DNA of 53,788 nt from Candidatus Levybacteria bacterium RIFCSPHIGHO2_01_FULL_40_16 (GCA_001783805.1 MFNS01000002.1:1-53788); one strand, 5' to 3'; positions 9,076-18,900 are shown, numbered from the stretch's first letter. Notes: generated by a model not told the origin, from the letters alone. Made by a program: numbers and translations.

Positions 9076-10806
9076 TCAGCGGGAAAACCACTCTTCCAAG
9101 ATTTTTTTCGCGATGGGGGCGGCAACGTTGGAGCCCTCTCCTGAAGCCTCCGACAAAACTGTCACGATAATTTCCGGTTTTTCTGCCGGGGCAAAAAGCG
9201 TGATCCAAGCATGTGGTAAAGTTTCTTCCCCACCATGTTGTGCAGTTCCCGTCTTGCACGCAATTTTTATTTCTTCCTCATCTTTGAGATTTGATTTTTG
9301 ATTTTTGATTTTAAAATTAAACAGCGGCCAGGCAACTCCTCCCGCAGCACATGATTCAACCATCCCCTCCTTAATCAGGTCAGACGTCTCCCTGCTTAGA
9401 AATTTTTCATTTTTAACTTTTAATTTTTCATTTTTCAGAAGGTGGGGCTTATAAATAACCCCTTCATTGGCAATCGCTTGGGTCCAAACATTGATTTGCA
9501 AGGGAGTTGTCAGCAAAAAACCCTGCCCGATTCCATAATGATAGGTATCTCCCAAATACCAATTCTCCCCGATTGTGCTTTTCTTCCATTCTCTTGTCGG
9601 GACTAGACCCTCTTGCTCACCCAGAAGATCAATCCCTATTTTTTTTCCCAAACCGAACTTTTCTGCGAAGCCAGCAAGCTTGTCAACTCCGACTAATTCA
9701 GCCAATTTGTAGAAAAAAATGTCATTTGATCTTTGAATAGCTTTTACCACATTTACTTCTCCATCCGTCCTTCCGTATTGGGTAAAGTACCAGTTGGAAA
9801 AAGAAAAAGAACCAATTCTTAAAATTCCCGTATCTTCTATAGTAAAATTCCGATCGATAACTTTATTCTCCAATCCTGCCGCAGCGACAATCAGCTTGAA
9901 GGTTGATCCCGGAGGATATGTCCCTCCAATTGCGCGGTTCAAGAGGGGCTGACCTTCTGAATCCGATAAGATTTGTGACACGGATTTATAAGGCGTCGTC
10001 TCCCCCACGGAATATCCTTCACCCATAGTAAAAAGGTTGGGATCAAAAGGCGGACTGGACAGAAGGGCTAAAATTTCACCCTTGGGACTGGACACAATTA
10101 TGGCTCCTTTTTTGATATCTTTGGCCGCGTCAAACGCGGCTTTTTGCAGTACAATGTCCAAGGTAAGCGTAACATTCTGTCCGGGTACTGGATCTGTAAA
10201 GCCTAGTTTCCGGACAACTTTACCCAGACTATTTATTTCAACCAGTTCTCTTCCATTAATTCCGGCGAGTTTAGCTTCGTATTCTCTTTCAATTCCGATT
10301 TTCCCAATCAAATCTCCGCCCCCGTAGAGGGCAAAATCTTTATTTTTTAATTCTTCCGGAGAAATTTGTCCGATATAACCCAAAACATGGGAAAAAATGT
10401 CTTCATACGGATATTGCCTCAAGACGTCAATCTCCAAATTATTTTCTCCTTCGGATAAAAGTTTTAACGCTTCATTTTCATCTATAAGTTTTGTTTTACC
10501 GTTTAACGTCTGCCTAAATCCTGGAACATTAAAAACCAAGGGTACTCCTGTTCTATCAAAGATAATTCCGCGGGGAGCATGGATGGGAATAGTTCTTGTT
10601 CTATTGCTATCCGAAAGATTTCGAAAACTTTCTCCTTTAATAATTTGCAGAAAAAAAAGTCTTGCAACAATTAAGGTTACTGCTATTATCAAAATTACGG
10701 GCAAGATGTAGCTTCTCACGGAATAGTTTTTGTCAAAATTTCCGGGATGTTTTTGGCTTTTTTCAAGTCTTATATAGTCTCCGAATGCAGGCCCAATTTT
10801 AACCAT
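9076..10806 (-). CDS. mrdA: Penicillin-binding protein 2
   Basis: APRGIIFDR, PGSTFK (SxxK), SND (SxN) and KTGT; located in the mre cluster. Confidence 0.95.
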   Translation of the reverse strand: MVKIGPAFGDYIRLEKSQKHPGNFDKNYSVRSYILPVILIIAVTLIVARLFFLQIIKGESFRNLSDSNRTRTIPIHAPRGIIFDRTGVPLVFNVPGFRQTLNGKTKLIDENEALKLLSEGENNLEIDVLRQYPYEDIFSHVLGYIGQISPEELKNKDFALYGGGDLIGKIGIEREYEAKLAGINGRELVEINSLGKVVRKLGFTDPVPGQNVTLTLDIVLQKAAFDAAKDIKKGAIIVSSPKGEILALLSSPPFDPNLFTMGEGYSVGETTPYKSVSQILSDSEGQPLLNRAIGGTYPPGSTFKLIVAAAGLENKVIDRNFTIEDTGILRIGSFSFSNWYFTQYGRTDGEVNVVKAIQRSNDIFFYKLAELVGVDKLAGFAEKFGLGKKIGIDLLGEQEGLVPTREWKKSTIGENWYLGDTYHYGIGQGFLLTTPLQINVWTQAIANEGVIYKPHLLKNEKLKVKNEKFLSRETSDLIKEGMVESCAAGGVAWPLFNFKIKNQKSNLKDEEEIKIACKTGTAQHGGEETLPHAWITLFAPAEKPEIIVTVLSEASGEGSNVAAPIAKKILEEWFSR

Positions 10807-11180
10807 AATAACTTAAAAAATAAAACTCCGATAATCGCACTTATCAATGACTGAATTAGAACGTTATTGTACCCAAAAATCATAAGATAAATCAGACTTC
10901 CCAGGAAAGTTGAGATGAAGACAAAAGCTATGGTTTGAGTTTCGAATTTTCTTTCATAAAGCCGGATTAAAAACACGAAAATCGCCAATACTAAACTCGT
11001 ATATCCTAAAGGCCGAATCATGATTAAGTCCAGAAATAAACCTAATCCAAGGGCTAAAAAAAACACCCAAGATTTTTTAAATAAAACTGTCTGAATTGTC
11101 AATAATCCAATTACAAAAGGAATGGTGGTAATCCCGCTAATAATTAGCGTAATTAACGTTAATAATATAATAAAAATCAT
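10770..11180 (-). CDS. mreD: Rod-shape protein MreD-like membrane protein
   Basis: Highly hydrophobic, contains GLFLDL...PLG, and lies between mreC and mrdA. Confidence 0.75.
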   Translation of the reverse strand: MIFIILLTLITLIISGITTIPFVIGLLTIQTVLFKKSWVFFLALGLGLFLDLIMIRPLGYTSLVLAIFVFLIRLYERKFETQTIAFVFISTFLGSLIYLMIFGYNNVLIQSLISAIIGVLFFKLLWLKLGLHSETI

Positions 11181-11962
11181 TGTAGGTACACAAAAACCGC
11201 AGACAGATTCATAAAGTTAACAAAACTTTCGACTTTTGCTTTCTGAAAAAGATTACTTGGATTTTTTTCAACTGATGTAATTTTTCCGACTATTAAATCC
11301 GGCGGAATACCAACACCATTATTGTTAATGTCGCCCTTTGTTAAAACAAGTTCACCTATTTTTATGTTTTCCGAAAGAAGAATGTTGTTAATGGTCAAAG
11401 TATTTGCGCCCTTAACTATTCCTACGGCCCCATTCTCCGTCTTGGCTGTAAAAGAAGATGAAGGATTATTGATTAGGTTAATTTGAGCTAAATTTTCGGA
11501 AATTTGCGATATTACACCTACGAAATTTTCTTTGATTACTACTGCCATCCCCATTTTTAGATTATTCTTGAGACCTTTATTTATAATAAAACTGTTGGGA
11601 ACCGATATCCCGGGAATAAAAGATTGAGCACCGATTATATCTGCTTTCAAAAGCTGTGTGCTTCGGGGATAAACCGTTTGGAATTGATCGGATAATGCTG
11701 CATTTTCTTGCTTGAGTTTTTCAAAGTCCGCAACCCGGGACAAAAGTTTCAAATTTTCGTCTTCCAATCTTTTAATTCTTGCGCTTTCCGATACAAAAGG
11801 CAATTTTTGAAACAAGTTATAAGATAAACCTTGTATAGCAACTGTGGGTTTTTCCAAAAATGAAAGAAATTTAAGTTTACCCGAAAGGGAAAGAACTAAA
11901 ATTATAATGCTTAAAAACGCGACAGCAAAAAAAGCAGACAAAAAACCCTCTCTCCTTTTCAT
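11177..11962 (-). CDS. mreC: Rod-shape protein MreC
   Basis: TM helix, coiled coil (LEDENLKL...LKQENAAL), IINKG, GELVLTKG and GIPPDLIVGKI. Confidence 0.93.
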   Translation of the reverse strand: MKRREGFLSAFFAVAFLSIIILVLSLSGKLKFLSFLEKPTVAIQGLSYNLFQKLPFVSESARIKRLEDENLKLLSRVADFEKLKQENAALSDQFQTVYPRSTQLLKADIIGAQSFIPGISVPNSFIINKGLKNNLKMGMAVVIKENFVGVISQISENLAQINLINNPSSSFTAKTENGAVGIVKGANTLTINNILLSENIKIGELVLTKGDINNNGVGIPPDLIVGKITSVEKNPSNLFQKAKVESFVNFMNLSAVFVYLQ

Positions 11963-12003
11963 AAACCCATTCTAGTAGGTTTACCCTATCGTTACAAGAG
12001 GAA

Positions 12004-12025
12004 ATTATTTCAATCCCCCCACGAC
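12004..12025. repeat. Direct repeat copy 1 (displaced duplicate of the mreB 3' end)
   Basis: ATTATTTCAATCCCCCCACGAC, 21/22 identical to 13022-13043. Confidence 0.9.
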
Positions 12026-12048
12026 AGCACTGAATTGTATTTAGCCCT

Positions 12049-12999
12049 ATGGGACGATATAATAGCCAAATGATAGAGAGACAACTAACAGGCAAACAGA
12101 TATCAAGAAGGGAATTCTTAACATTCATGGGAAAAGCTCTTATGGTGTGGGTAGGAGGAGGCGTAGTTGGGTCAATTTCGGGCAAAATTTTTATTGAGCA
12201 GACAAACATTATGCTCCCCGACAGTCCTTCCGCAAGCAATCAATTAAAAGCAACAGCGCTGAATACGGAGCTCGAAGGCGAGCAAGCCTATTTCGTACCG
12301 GAGGGAAAATTTACAAAAGAATTATTCGATAAAGTCAGAAACAGTACTTATGCTATCGATACGCTAACCGATAGAGGCATCGGTTCGGGAACGGGCTGGT
12401 GCGCTCACAAAGAAGGAAACAATGTCTACATCGTAACGAATAAGCATGTCACTACCTTAGTCGATCAACCAGATGCAAAAATAATAGGTTTGAATATCTG
12501 GAGACCGAACATAGATCGGAAAAAAATTGCTCCTTTAAATGTTACAGTGGTCACGGCGGGGACAGATGATATTGCAATATTAAAATGCGAGCTAAGTCCG
12601 GAACAGGCGCAAGCAATAACTCCATTGGCTTTTCAAGACAATGCCGAAATTAAGAGCAACGAGAAAATTTTGATTGTAGGTTTTCCTGCCGAATTTAGAG
12701 ATATAACAACAGATGGCATAAATTTTCTGACCTTAGGAAATGTGGCAACGGTAGAATGGAATGCAGATAAACAAACTAGAATCTGGTACGCCCGCGGACT
12801 GTCAAATGACGGAAGTAGCGGATCGCCTGCGGTTATTCCCGACGAACAAGGCAATCCAAAGGTTGTGGGAATTCTTTTCGGCGGAGCAGACGTAATTGTC
12901 CGGGAAAATTGGAGAGAGAAAAGGAAACAGCCAATCATCGGAAGCATTACCTTGAGTATTAATCCTCTAATCGAATACGCAAGAAAAATACAGTTTTAA
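12049..12999 (+). CDS. Trypsin-like serine protease with an N-terminal RR motif/membrane anchor
   Basis: GSGTG, VTNKHV (His), DDIAIL (Asp) and GSSGSP (Ser); N-terminal SRREFL followed by a hydrophobic stretch. Confidence 0.88.
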   Translation: MGRYNSQMIERQLTGKQISRREFLTFMGKALMVWVGGGVVGSISGKIFIEQTNIMLPDSPSASNQLKATALNTELEGEQAYFVPEGKFTKELFDKVRNSTYAIDTLTDRGIGSGTGWCAHKEGNNVYIVTNKHVTTLVDQPDAKIIGLNIWRPNIDRKKIAPLNVTVVTAGTDDIAILKCELSPEQAQAITPLAFQDNAEIKSNEKILIVGFPAEFRDITTDGINFLTLGNVATVEWNADKQTRIWYARGLSNDGSSGSPAVIPDEQGNPKVVGILFGGADVIVRENWREKRKQPIIGSITLSINPLIEYARKIQF

Positions 13000-13021
13000 A
13001 TATTTTTTAAGCATATTCCCC

Positions 13022-13043
13022 ATTATTTCAATCCCCCAACGAC
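13022..13043. repeat. Direct repeat copy 2 (actual mreB 3' end, VVGGLK-stop)
   Basis: ATTATTTCAATCCCCCAACGAC. Confidence 0.9.
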
Positions 13044-14123
13044 TTTTACCCTTTGCAGGAGTGAATCGTTTTCCAGGACGCGCCCGGTTCCCCTGACAAC
13101 CGAGGTAAGGGGATCTTCGGAAAGAACAACCGGAATTTTAGTTCTCTCAACTATCAATTGATCAATCCCCGAAAGCATAGATCCTCCGCCGGTTAATAAA
13201 ATTCCATGGCTTAGAATATCATTGGTTAACTCGGGCGGAGCCTCCTGCAAAATATCCGAAATTCCCTCCATAATTTCAGCTAAAACCGGAGCCAAAGCTT
13301 CCCTGATCTCCACTTCTGTCAGGCGCAAGCTTTTCGGAAGTCCTGTTTCGATATCTCGTCCCCTGACGACTGCCATTTTCTCCTTTATTCCCTCATTTGA
13401 CTTTTCTCCTGAGCCTTCTGAACGGGCAACTTTTAACCTTGGTTGGAACGCGCTTCCTATTTTTATTTTTACATCTTCCGCAGTCTTCTCTCCCATTATC
13501 AAGCCGTGTCTCAGTCTGACATAATGAATAATCGCATTATCCATCTCCTGTCCAGCAACTTTTAAAGATTTACTTACCACAATGCCGCCCAAAGATATAA
13601 TTGCAATCTCCGTGGTTCCTCCGCCAATATCTACAACCATCATTCCGGTTGGAGCAAAAACCGAAACCTTTTCTCCGATTGCCGCGGCCATTGGTTCTTC
13701 GATCAAAAATGCTTCCCTGGCTCCCGCCGAAAGAGCTGCTTCCCAAACAGCACGGCGCTCAACTTCGGTAACAGAAGACGGAATACCGATGACAACTCTG
13801 GGGCGGGACCAGGCAACGGGAAGAACATTGCCAACTTCATGGACTACTTGAATATAGTAAGAGATCATTGCCAGGGTCGCATCAAAATCCGCAATCACCC
13901 CGCCCTTCAAAGGTGATACCGTGATAATTGACGGAGGAGTTTTTCCAACCATTCTTTTGGCCTCGGTCCCGATCGCAATGATTTTCTTGGTTTTTTTGTG
14001 CATTGCCACTACCGAAGGCTCTCTTATAACAATTCCCTTATCTTTTACCCAAATTAAAGTATTTGCAGTTCCGAGATCTATACCAATATCATGGGAAAAA
14101 TAAGAAAAAAATTTGCCAAACAT
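13023..14123 (-). CDS. mreB: Rod-shape determining actin homologue MreB
   Basis: DIGIDLGTANT, IEEPMAAAIG, VVDIGGGTTE and LLTGGGS. Confidence 0.98.
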   Translation of the reverse strand: MFGKFFSYFSHDIGIDLGTANTLIWVKDKGIVIREPSVVAMHKKTKKIIAIGTEAKRMVGKTPPSIITVSPLKGGVIADFDATLAMISYYIQVVHEVGNVLPVAWSRPRVVIGIPSSVTEVERRAVWEAALSAGAREAFLIEEPMAAAIGEKVSVFAPTGMMVVDIGGGTTEIAIISLGGIVVSKSLKVAGQEMDNAIIHYVRLRHGLIMGEKTAEDVKIKIGSAFQPRLKVARSEGSGEKSNEGIKEKMAVVRGRDIETGLPKSLRLTEVEIREALAPVLAEIMEGISDILQEAPPELTNDILSHGILLTGGGSMLSGIDQLIVERTKIPVVLSEDPLTSVVRGTGRVLENDSLLQRVKVVGGLK

Positions 14124-14131
14124 ATAGAGAA

Positions 14132-14240
14132 AATTTTCAATTTACAGTTTACAATTTTCAATAAATGATCCAATTATCAATGCTTGAAACATTGCGTGAT
14201 TGAAAATTTAATGAAAATTGCAAATTGGTAATTGCAAATT
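14132..14240. repeat. Intergenic palindromic element built from inverted heptamer arrays
   Basis: Left arm AATTTTC-AATTTAC-AGTTTAC-AATTTTC; right arm ...GAAAATTG-CAAATTG-GTAATTG-CAAATT. Related to 20042-20149. Confidence 0.75.
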
Positions 14241-14295
14241 GTTTTTATCATAGCATACTCTTGACAAGAAAATAAAATTATGTCACTCTAGATAC

Positions 14296-14790
14296 ATGAA
14301 TTTACCCGGAGAAGGAACAGCGGACAATGCCGATCTCACTCGTTCGGCTACAGGAATTTCGACACATGAACCAAGCACTGTAATTCCGGCTTCAGATAAA
14401 CAAAGGAAGGAATTTTTGTCGGGAGCAAACATTGGCTCAAAATCAATTAGCGAAATTTCCGCTAACCCCGCCCCCACAACTGAAGCTACAGGAATTGCAA
14501 GAGATATAACCGCAGAAACAGCAATAAAAGCTAATGCCGCCGCCAAAGCAGTGAAGCCGGTAGCAGAAACAGTGGTTCCAGCAATACAAACTGCAGACCC
14601 AGCAGCACCGGAAGCTGCTCAGGAACCAAAAACCAACGAACAACAGCTAGAGGAATTAAGACAAAAAATGAAACAGGCTGAAGAAGCAAGGGCTGCACAA
14701 AAACCACCGGTCATAACTCCGGACGAAGCTGTGGCCGGAATAAATCCCGATAGGTTAAAACTTGTTCAAGATCTCAAGAAATCTCAATAA
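14296..14790 (+). CDS. Hypothetical low-complexity Ala/Pro/Thr/Glu protein
   Basis: 164-aa ORF; TTGACA lies upstream near 14260. Confidence 0.55.
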   Translation: MNLPGEGTADNADLTRSATGISTHEPSTVIPASDKQRKEFLSGANIGSKSISEISANPAPTTEATGIARDITAETAIKANAAAKAVKPVAETVVPAIQTADPAAPEAAQEPKTNEQQLEELRQKMKQAEEARAAQKPPVITPDEAVAGINPDRLKLVQDLKKSQ

Positions 14791-14850
14791 GTCTCTTCTC
14801 GCAATTGCTTGTTCCAACCTAAATAATGTGTTAAGATTGGAAAATCTAGG

Positions 14851-17202
14851 ATGAAATTCCTCAATCTTTGCAACCGGATTATCGAATATTCTTTCTATAC
14901 CCTTTTTCTTCTGGTTCCGCTTGCTTTTACGAGTGCTACTTCCGAGCTTTTTGAGTTGAATAAAATGTGGCTTGTCTGGGGACTAACTATTATTATTGGC
15001 GCGTCTTGGTTTATAAAAATGATTCTTCAAAAACGAATTCTGCTTTGCAGAACACCCCTGGATATTCCAATCGGTCTCTTTCTCCTTTCTCAAATCATCT
15101 CCACTATTTTCTCTCTGGATCCGCATGTTTCTTTGTGGGGTTATTATTCCCGCTTTAACGGCGGATTACTGTCCATAATTTCCTACATTTTGCTGTACTA
15201 TGCATTTTTAAGTAATTTCGATTCTCAAAAATTATCCGCTGTAGTCCGTAGACTATTGACCATAAGCTTAATATCCGGCCTGATTGTGGCGTTGTGGGGA
15301 CTTCCCTCTCATTTCGGCTACGACCCGACTTGCTTACTTTTTCGGGGCCAATTTAATGTTGCTTGCTGGACAGATGCTTTTCAGCCAAAAATCAGAATTT
15401 TCTCAACACTGGGACAGCCTGATTGGCTCGCCGCCTACCTGGCCATTCTAATACCAATTTCTATAGCAATGGCATTAAATAATTTACGAGCTCAAAATAA
15501 TCCTGATAATAAGTATCATGTATCAGGTGTCATGTATTATGTATCTAATAAAAAAATACTACATACTACCTACTACATACTACTTACTGCATTATTCTAC
15601 GTTGATCTCCTTTTCACTCGTGCGCGCTCCGGATTTTTGGGAATTTGGCTTTCTCTTATTTTTTTCGCCGCTTTATATTATCGGATCAGCGGCAAACCAA
15701 AATTATCCATATCAGCCGAAAATCTAAAATCTCCTATTGCCATTTTGATTTTTGGACTATTAATTATTACCTTCATCATCGGCACGCCGATTAACCAATT
15801 GAATAAGTTCACGCTTGCAGGAATCGGGAGCATTTTTCAGAAACCCGTAACTACTGAAACACAGGAAGATAAAGCACCCATTCAACCATCTGATTCCGGA
15901 GGGACAGAATCGGGAGACATAAGACTTTTAGTTTGGGAAGGCGCGTTAAGCACTTGGAGAGCAAATTTCCTCTTTGGCACAGGAGTGGAAACGTTTGCTT
16001 TTGCTTATTACAGGTACAAGCCCGTTGGCCAAAACCTAACCTCCGAATGGAACTTCCTATACAACAAAGCCCACAATGAGTTCCTTAACTATCTTGCGAC
16101 CACCGGCATTTTTGGATTAGGAACTTACCTACTCATGATCAGCTCTTTTTTCTTTGTAGGCTTTAAGAAGCTCAAAGCGCAAATGTCAAAACTCAAAGAT
16201 GAAACTCAAAACGAAAAGCTTTCAGCTTTAAGCTGTAATTTTGAGCTTTGCATTTTGAGCTTTGCACTACTGGCAAGCTACGTCTCCATCTTGATTACCA
16301 ATTTCTTTGGATTTTCCGTTGTCATGACAAATGTATATTTATTTATGCTTCCCGCTTTTGTCTTTGTTTTAAGCAATACGATTAAGACAGAAAGATCCGC
16401 GCAATCCGCCAACTCATCCGCGAAAATCTACAATAACGAATCTAACAATATGTATCAATGGACCGGTATTTTCTTTATAATTCTTGCTTCATTATTCATG
16501 ATTCTAAACTTAGTCCGTTTCTGGCAGGCAGATATTGCCTATGCTTTGGGCTATAATCTAGACCAGGCCAAAGAATATCAACAAGCCTATCCAAATTTAC
16601 ACAAAGCAGTAGAACTTCGGGGAAATGAGCCTGTTTTTAAAGACGAGCTTGCCATAAATGATGCAATTATTGCCGCAGGATTGGTCTCTCAAAAGCCTAT
16701 TGATTCAACTACAAAAGAACAAGCGGTCAGCGTTGCTTCTTCTTTGGCTCAAGAAGCAATTAACACTAGCAATGAAGTCGTTTCTCAACACCCAAACAAT
16801 GTAGTCTTTTGGAAGACCAGGGTCAGGCTTTTTCTTACTCTTGCTCAAGTTGATTCCCGATATTTGCCGCGTACTCTGGATGCGGTTGAAAAAGCTTCTC
16901 TTCTTGCTCCTAACGATGCAATTATTTGGTATAATCTCGGTGTTTTATACGGACAGAATAATAATCTTGAGAAGGGAATTTCGGCTCTGGAAAAAACAAT
17001 TAAGCTCAAGCCCGATTACAGGGATGCGCGTTTTGGATTAGGCATTTTTTATCATACTGCTTCCCTGGATAAAGACAGAAAGGTAGTTGTGGATCAGACT
17101 CTAAATCAAAAAGCAATCGCCCAAATGCAATATATTTTGGATAATCTATCTCCGAAGGATGCAGATGCCCTAAAATCCATTGAGGATTGGGCCAAACTCT
17201 AA
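14851..17202 (+). CDS. O-antigen-ligase/O-oligosaccharyltransferase-like membrane protein with C-terminal TPR
   Basis: Multiple TM helices, STLGQPDWLA, FTRARSG, GTGVETF, KAHNEFLNYLATTGIFG and TPR-like WYNLGVLY...ARFGLG. Confidence 0.85.
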   Translation: MKFLNLCNRIIEYSFYTLFLLVPLAFTSATSELFELNKMWLVWGLTIIIGASWFIKMILQKRILLCRTPLDIPIGLFLLSQIISTIFSLDPHVSLWGYYSRFNGGLLSIISYILLYYAFLSNFDSQKLSAVVRRLLTISLISGLIVALWGLPSHFGYDPTCLLFRGQFNVACWTDAFQPKIRIFSTLGQPDWLAAYLAILIPISIAMALNNLRAQNNPDNKYHVSGVMYYVSNKKILHTTYYILLTALFYVDLLFTRARSGFLGIWLSLIFFAALYYRISGKPKLSISAENLKSPIAILIFGLLIITFIIGTPINQLNKFTLAGIGSIFQKPVTTETQEDKAPIQPSDSGGTESGDIRLLVWEGALSTWRANFLFGTGVETFAFAYYRYKPVGQNLTSEWNFLYNKAHNEFLNYLATTGIFGLGTYLLMISSFFFVGFKKLKAQMSKLKDETQNEKLSALSCNFELCILSFALLASYVSILITNFFGFSVVMTNVYLFMLPAFVFVLSNTIKTERSAQSANSSAKIYNNESNNMYQWTGIFFIILASLFMILNLVRFWQADIAYALGYNLDQAKEYQQAYPNLHKAVELRGNEPVFKDELAINDAIIAAGLVSQKPIDSTTKEQAVSVASSLAQEAINTSNEVVSQHPNNVVFWKTRVRLFLTLAQVDSRYLPRTLDAVEKASLLAPNDAIIWYNLGVLYGQNNNLEKGISALEKTIKLKPDYRDARFGLGIFYHTASLDKDRKVVVDQTLNQKAIAQMQYILDNLSPKDADALKSIEDWAKL

Positions 17203-17235
17203 TGTCAGCAGGCATAATTGTGGTATAATTGCAGC

Positions 17236-17796
17236 GTGTTTAAAATAGTCATTGCCCCAAATCCGGCTTTATCGAATATCGCAAAACCAGTATCCAAAGT
17301 AGACACTACTGTAATTGCGCTGATCGAAGAAATGAAGAAAACACTTGCCGCAACAACTGACCCTAAGGGGGTTGGATTGGCCGCGCCGCAGGTCGGTAAA
17401 TCCTTACGGATTTTCATCGCCAAACCTACAGATGAATCAAAGTTTTTGGTATTCATTAACCCTGAAATTATTGAAAAATCTGCAAAGGTTGATTATGTCA
17501 AGCGGCCTAAAAAATCAGGCAAAAAAGCTTCTAAAAAATTAGAGGGCTGCCTGTCTCTTCCAAACATCTGGGGATCTGTACTCCGCCCATCCTCTTTAAC
17601 TCTTGCTTATCTTGATGAACGGGGAAACAGTCACAAGCAAAAATTTTCTAACTTTTTAGCTACGATTATTCAACATGAAATCGACCATCTAGATGGAGTT
17701 CTTTTCCCGAAAAGAGTTTTGGAACAAAAAGGAACTCTTTATAAATCCTACAAAAACGAAAAAAACGAAGATGAGTTTGAGGAATTCGAAATTTAA
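17236..17796 (+). CDS. def: Peptide deformylase
   Basis: GVGLAAPQVG, EGCLS and QHEIDHLDG. A GTG start just after TGGTATAAT is chosen over the ORF-track start at 17218. Confidence 0.96.
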   Translation: MFKIVIAPNPALSNIAKPVSKVDTTVIALIEEMKKTLAATTDPKGVGLAAPQVGKSLRIFIAKPTDESKFLVFINPEIIEKSAKVDYVKRPKKSGKKASKKLEGCLSLPNIWGSVLRPSSLTLAYLDERGNSHKQKFSNFLATIIQHEIDHLDGVLFPKRVLEQKGTLYKSYKNEKNEDEFEEFEI

Positions 17797-18641
17797 TGAA
17801 AATTGTTTTCTTTGGCTCATCATCTTATGTCATTCCAATTCTTAGATTTTTAGTCAAAAACTTTGATTTAAAATTAGTCTTAACTACGGAAAAATCCGGA
17901 GGCGCGGTTCCGACCTTTTGCAAACAAAATAAGATTGAATTTTTATCCGTTCCCAATCTTTCCGACTCAAATCTTAAATCCTTAATCTTAAATCTTAAGT
18001 CTCCAATCGCCGTCTTGGCTGACTTTGGCTTAATAATTCCTCCTGAAATTCTTAATTTGTTTCCCAAAGGAATAATTAATCTCCATCCTTCGCTTTTGCC
18101 GAAATACCGGGGTCCGACTCCGGTTCAAAATGCGATTTTAAATGGAGATAAAATTACTGGTATCAGCATTATTAAACTTGATGAAGAAATAGATCATGGG
18201 CCAATCCTGGGACAAGAAAAAGAGCAGATTTTGGACACCGATACTGCCGAATCGTTATATAAAAGGCTGTTTGCAAAAGGAGCAAATTTATTACCCAAAA
18301 TATTGAATAAATACCTAGAAGAAAGCCTTAAGTTAATCGCCCAAAATCACGAAAACGCCACTTTTACCAAATCTTTGAAACGCGAAACCGGTTTTATCGA
18401 TACATCAAAAATTAAAGATCAAAAATCAAAAATTAAGTTAGAAAGGAAAATTCGCGCATACTTCCCCTGGCCAGGCGTCTGGACCCGCCTTCGCCTAGGC
18501 TATGGCGGGCAAGCAAAATTAAAAATTATTAAGTTTTTACCTTTTGGAAAACTTCAGGTTGAGGGGAAAAAACCGGTCAGTTACAAAGATTTTCTCAACG
18601 GCTACCCCGACGCTAAAAGCGTAATACTACCAATACTATAA
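17796..18641 (+). CDS. fmt: Methionyl-tRNA formyltransferase
   Basis: MKIVFFGS, INLHPSLLPKYRG, DHGPI and PWPG; directly follows def. Confidence 0.95.
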   Translation: MKIVFFGSSSYVIPILRFLVKNFDLKLVLTTEKSGGAVPTFCKQNKIEFLSVPNLSDSNLKSLILNLKSPIAVLADFGLIIPPEILNLFPKGIINLHPSLLPKYRGPTPVQNAILNGDKITGISIIKLDEEIDHGPILGQEKEQILDTDTAESLYKRLFAKGANLLPKILNKYLEESLKLIAQNHENATFTKSLKRETGFIDTSKIKDQKSKIKLERKIRAYFPWPGVWTRLRLGYGGQAKLKIIKFLPFGKLQVEGKKPVSYKDFLNGYPDAKSVILPIL

Positions 18642-18672
18642 ATAAACAAATAACCCAATAAGGAAAGTGGGA

Positions 18673-18900
18673 TTAGGCGGTGGCGGAAACCGGAGATGCT
18701 ACTTTGGGAGAAGCTTTTGGAGCCATTTCTTTCTTTAATTTCCTCAAGCATTTAACACAGAGTTTTACTCGCCTCAAAGTTCCATCAATCATTACGCGCG
18801 CGGGGTGAAGATTGGGTGCAAAAATCCGGTTGGTCCGATTTTTTGCATGGGACACGTTATGTCCATACATTACGCCTTTTCCGCAATTTGCACACTTCAT
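18673..18900 (-). CDS. rpmB: 50S ribosomal protein L28
   Basis: MKCANCGK...GHNVSHAKNRTNRIFAPNL...LCVKC. Confidence 0.93.
   Translation of the reverse strand: MKCANCGKGVMYGHNVSHAKNRTNRIFAPNLHPARVMIDGTLRRVKLCVKCLRKLKKEMAPKASPKVASPVSATA

Noticed and set aside
16392-16425. ATCCGCG-type short repeats in the ligase-like gene (RSAQSANSSAKI)
   Set aside because: Only three short imperfect units and no second locus in the window; too weak to call.
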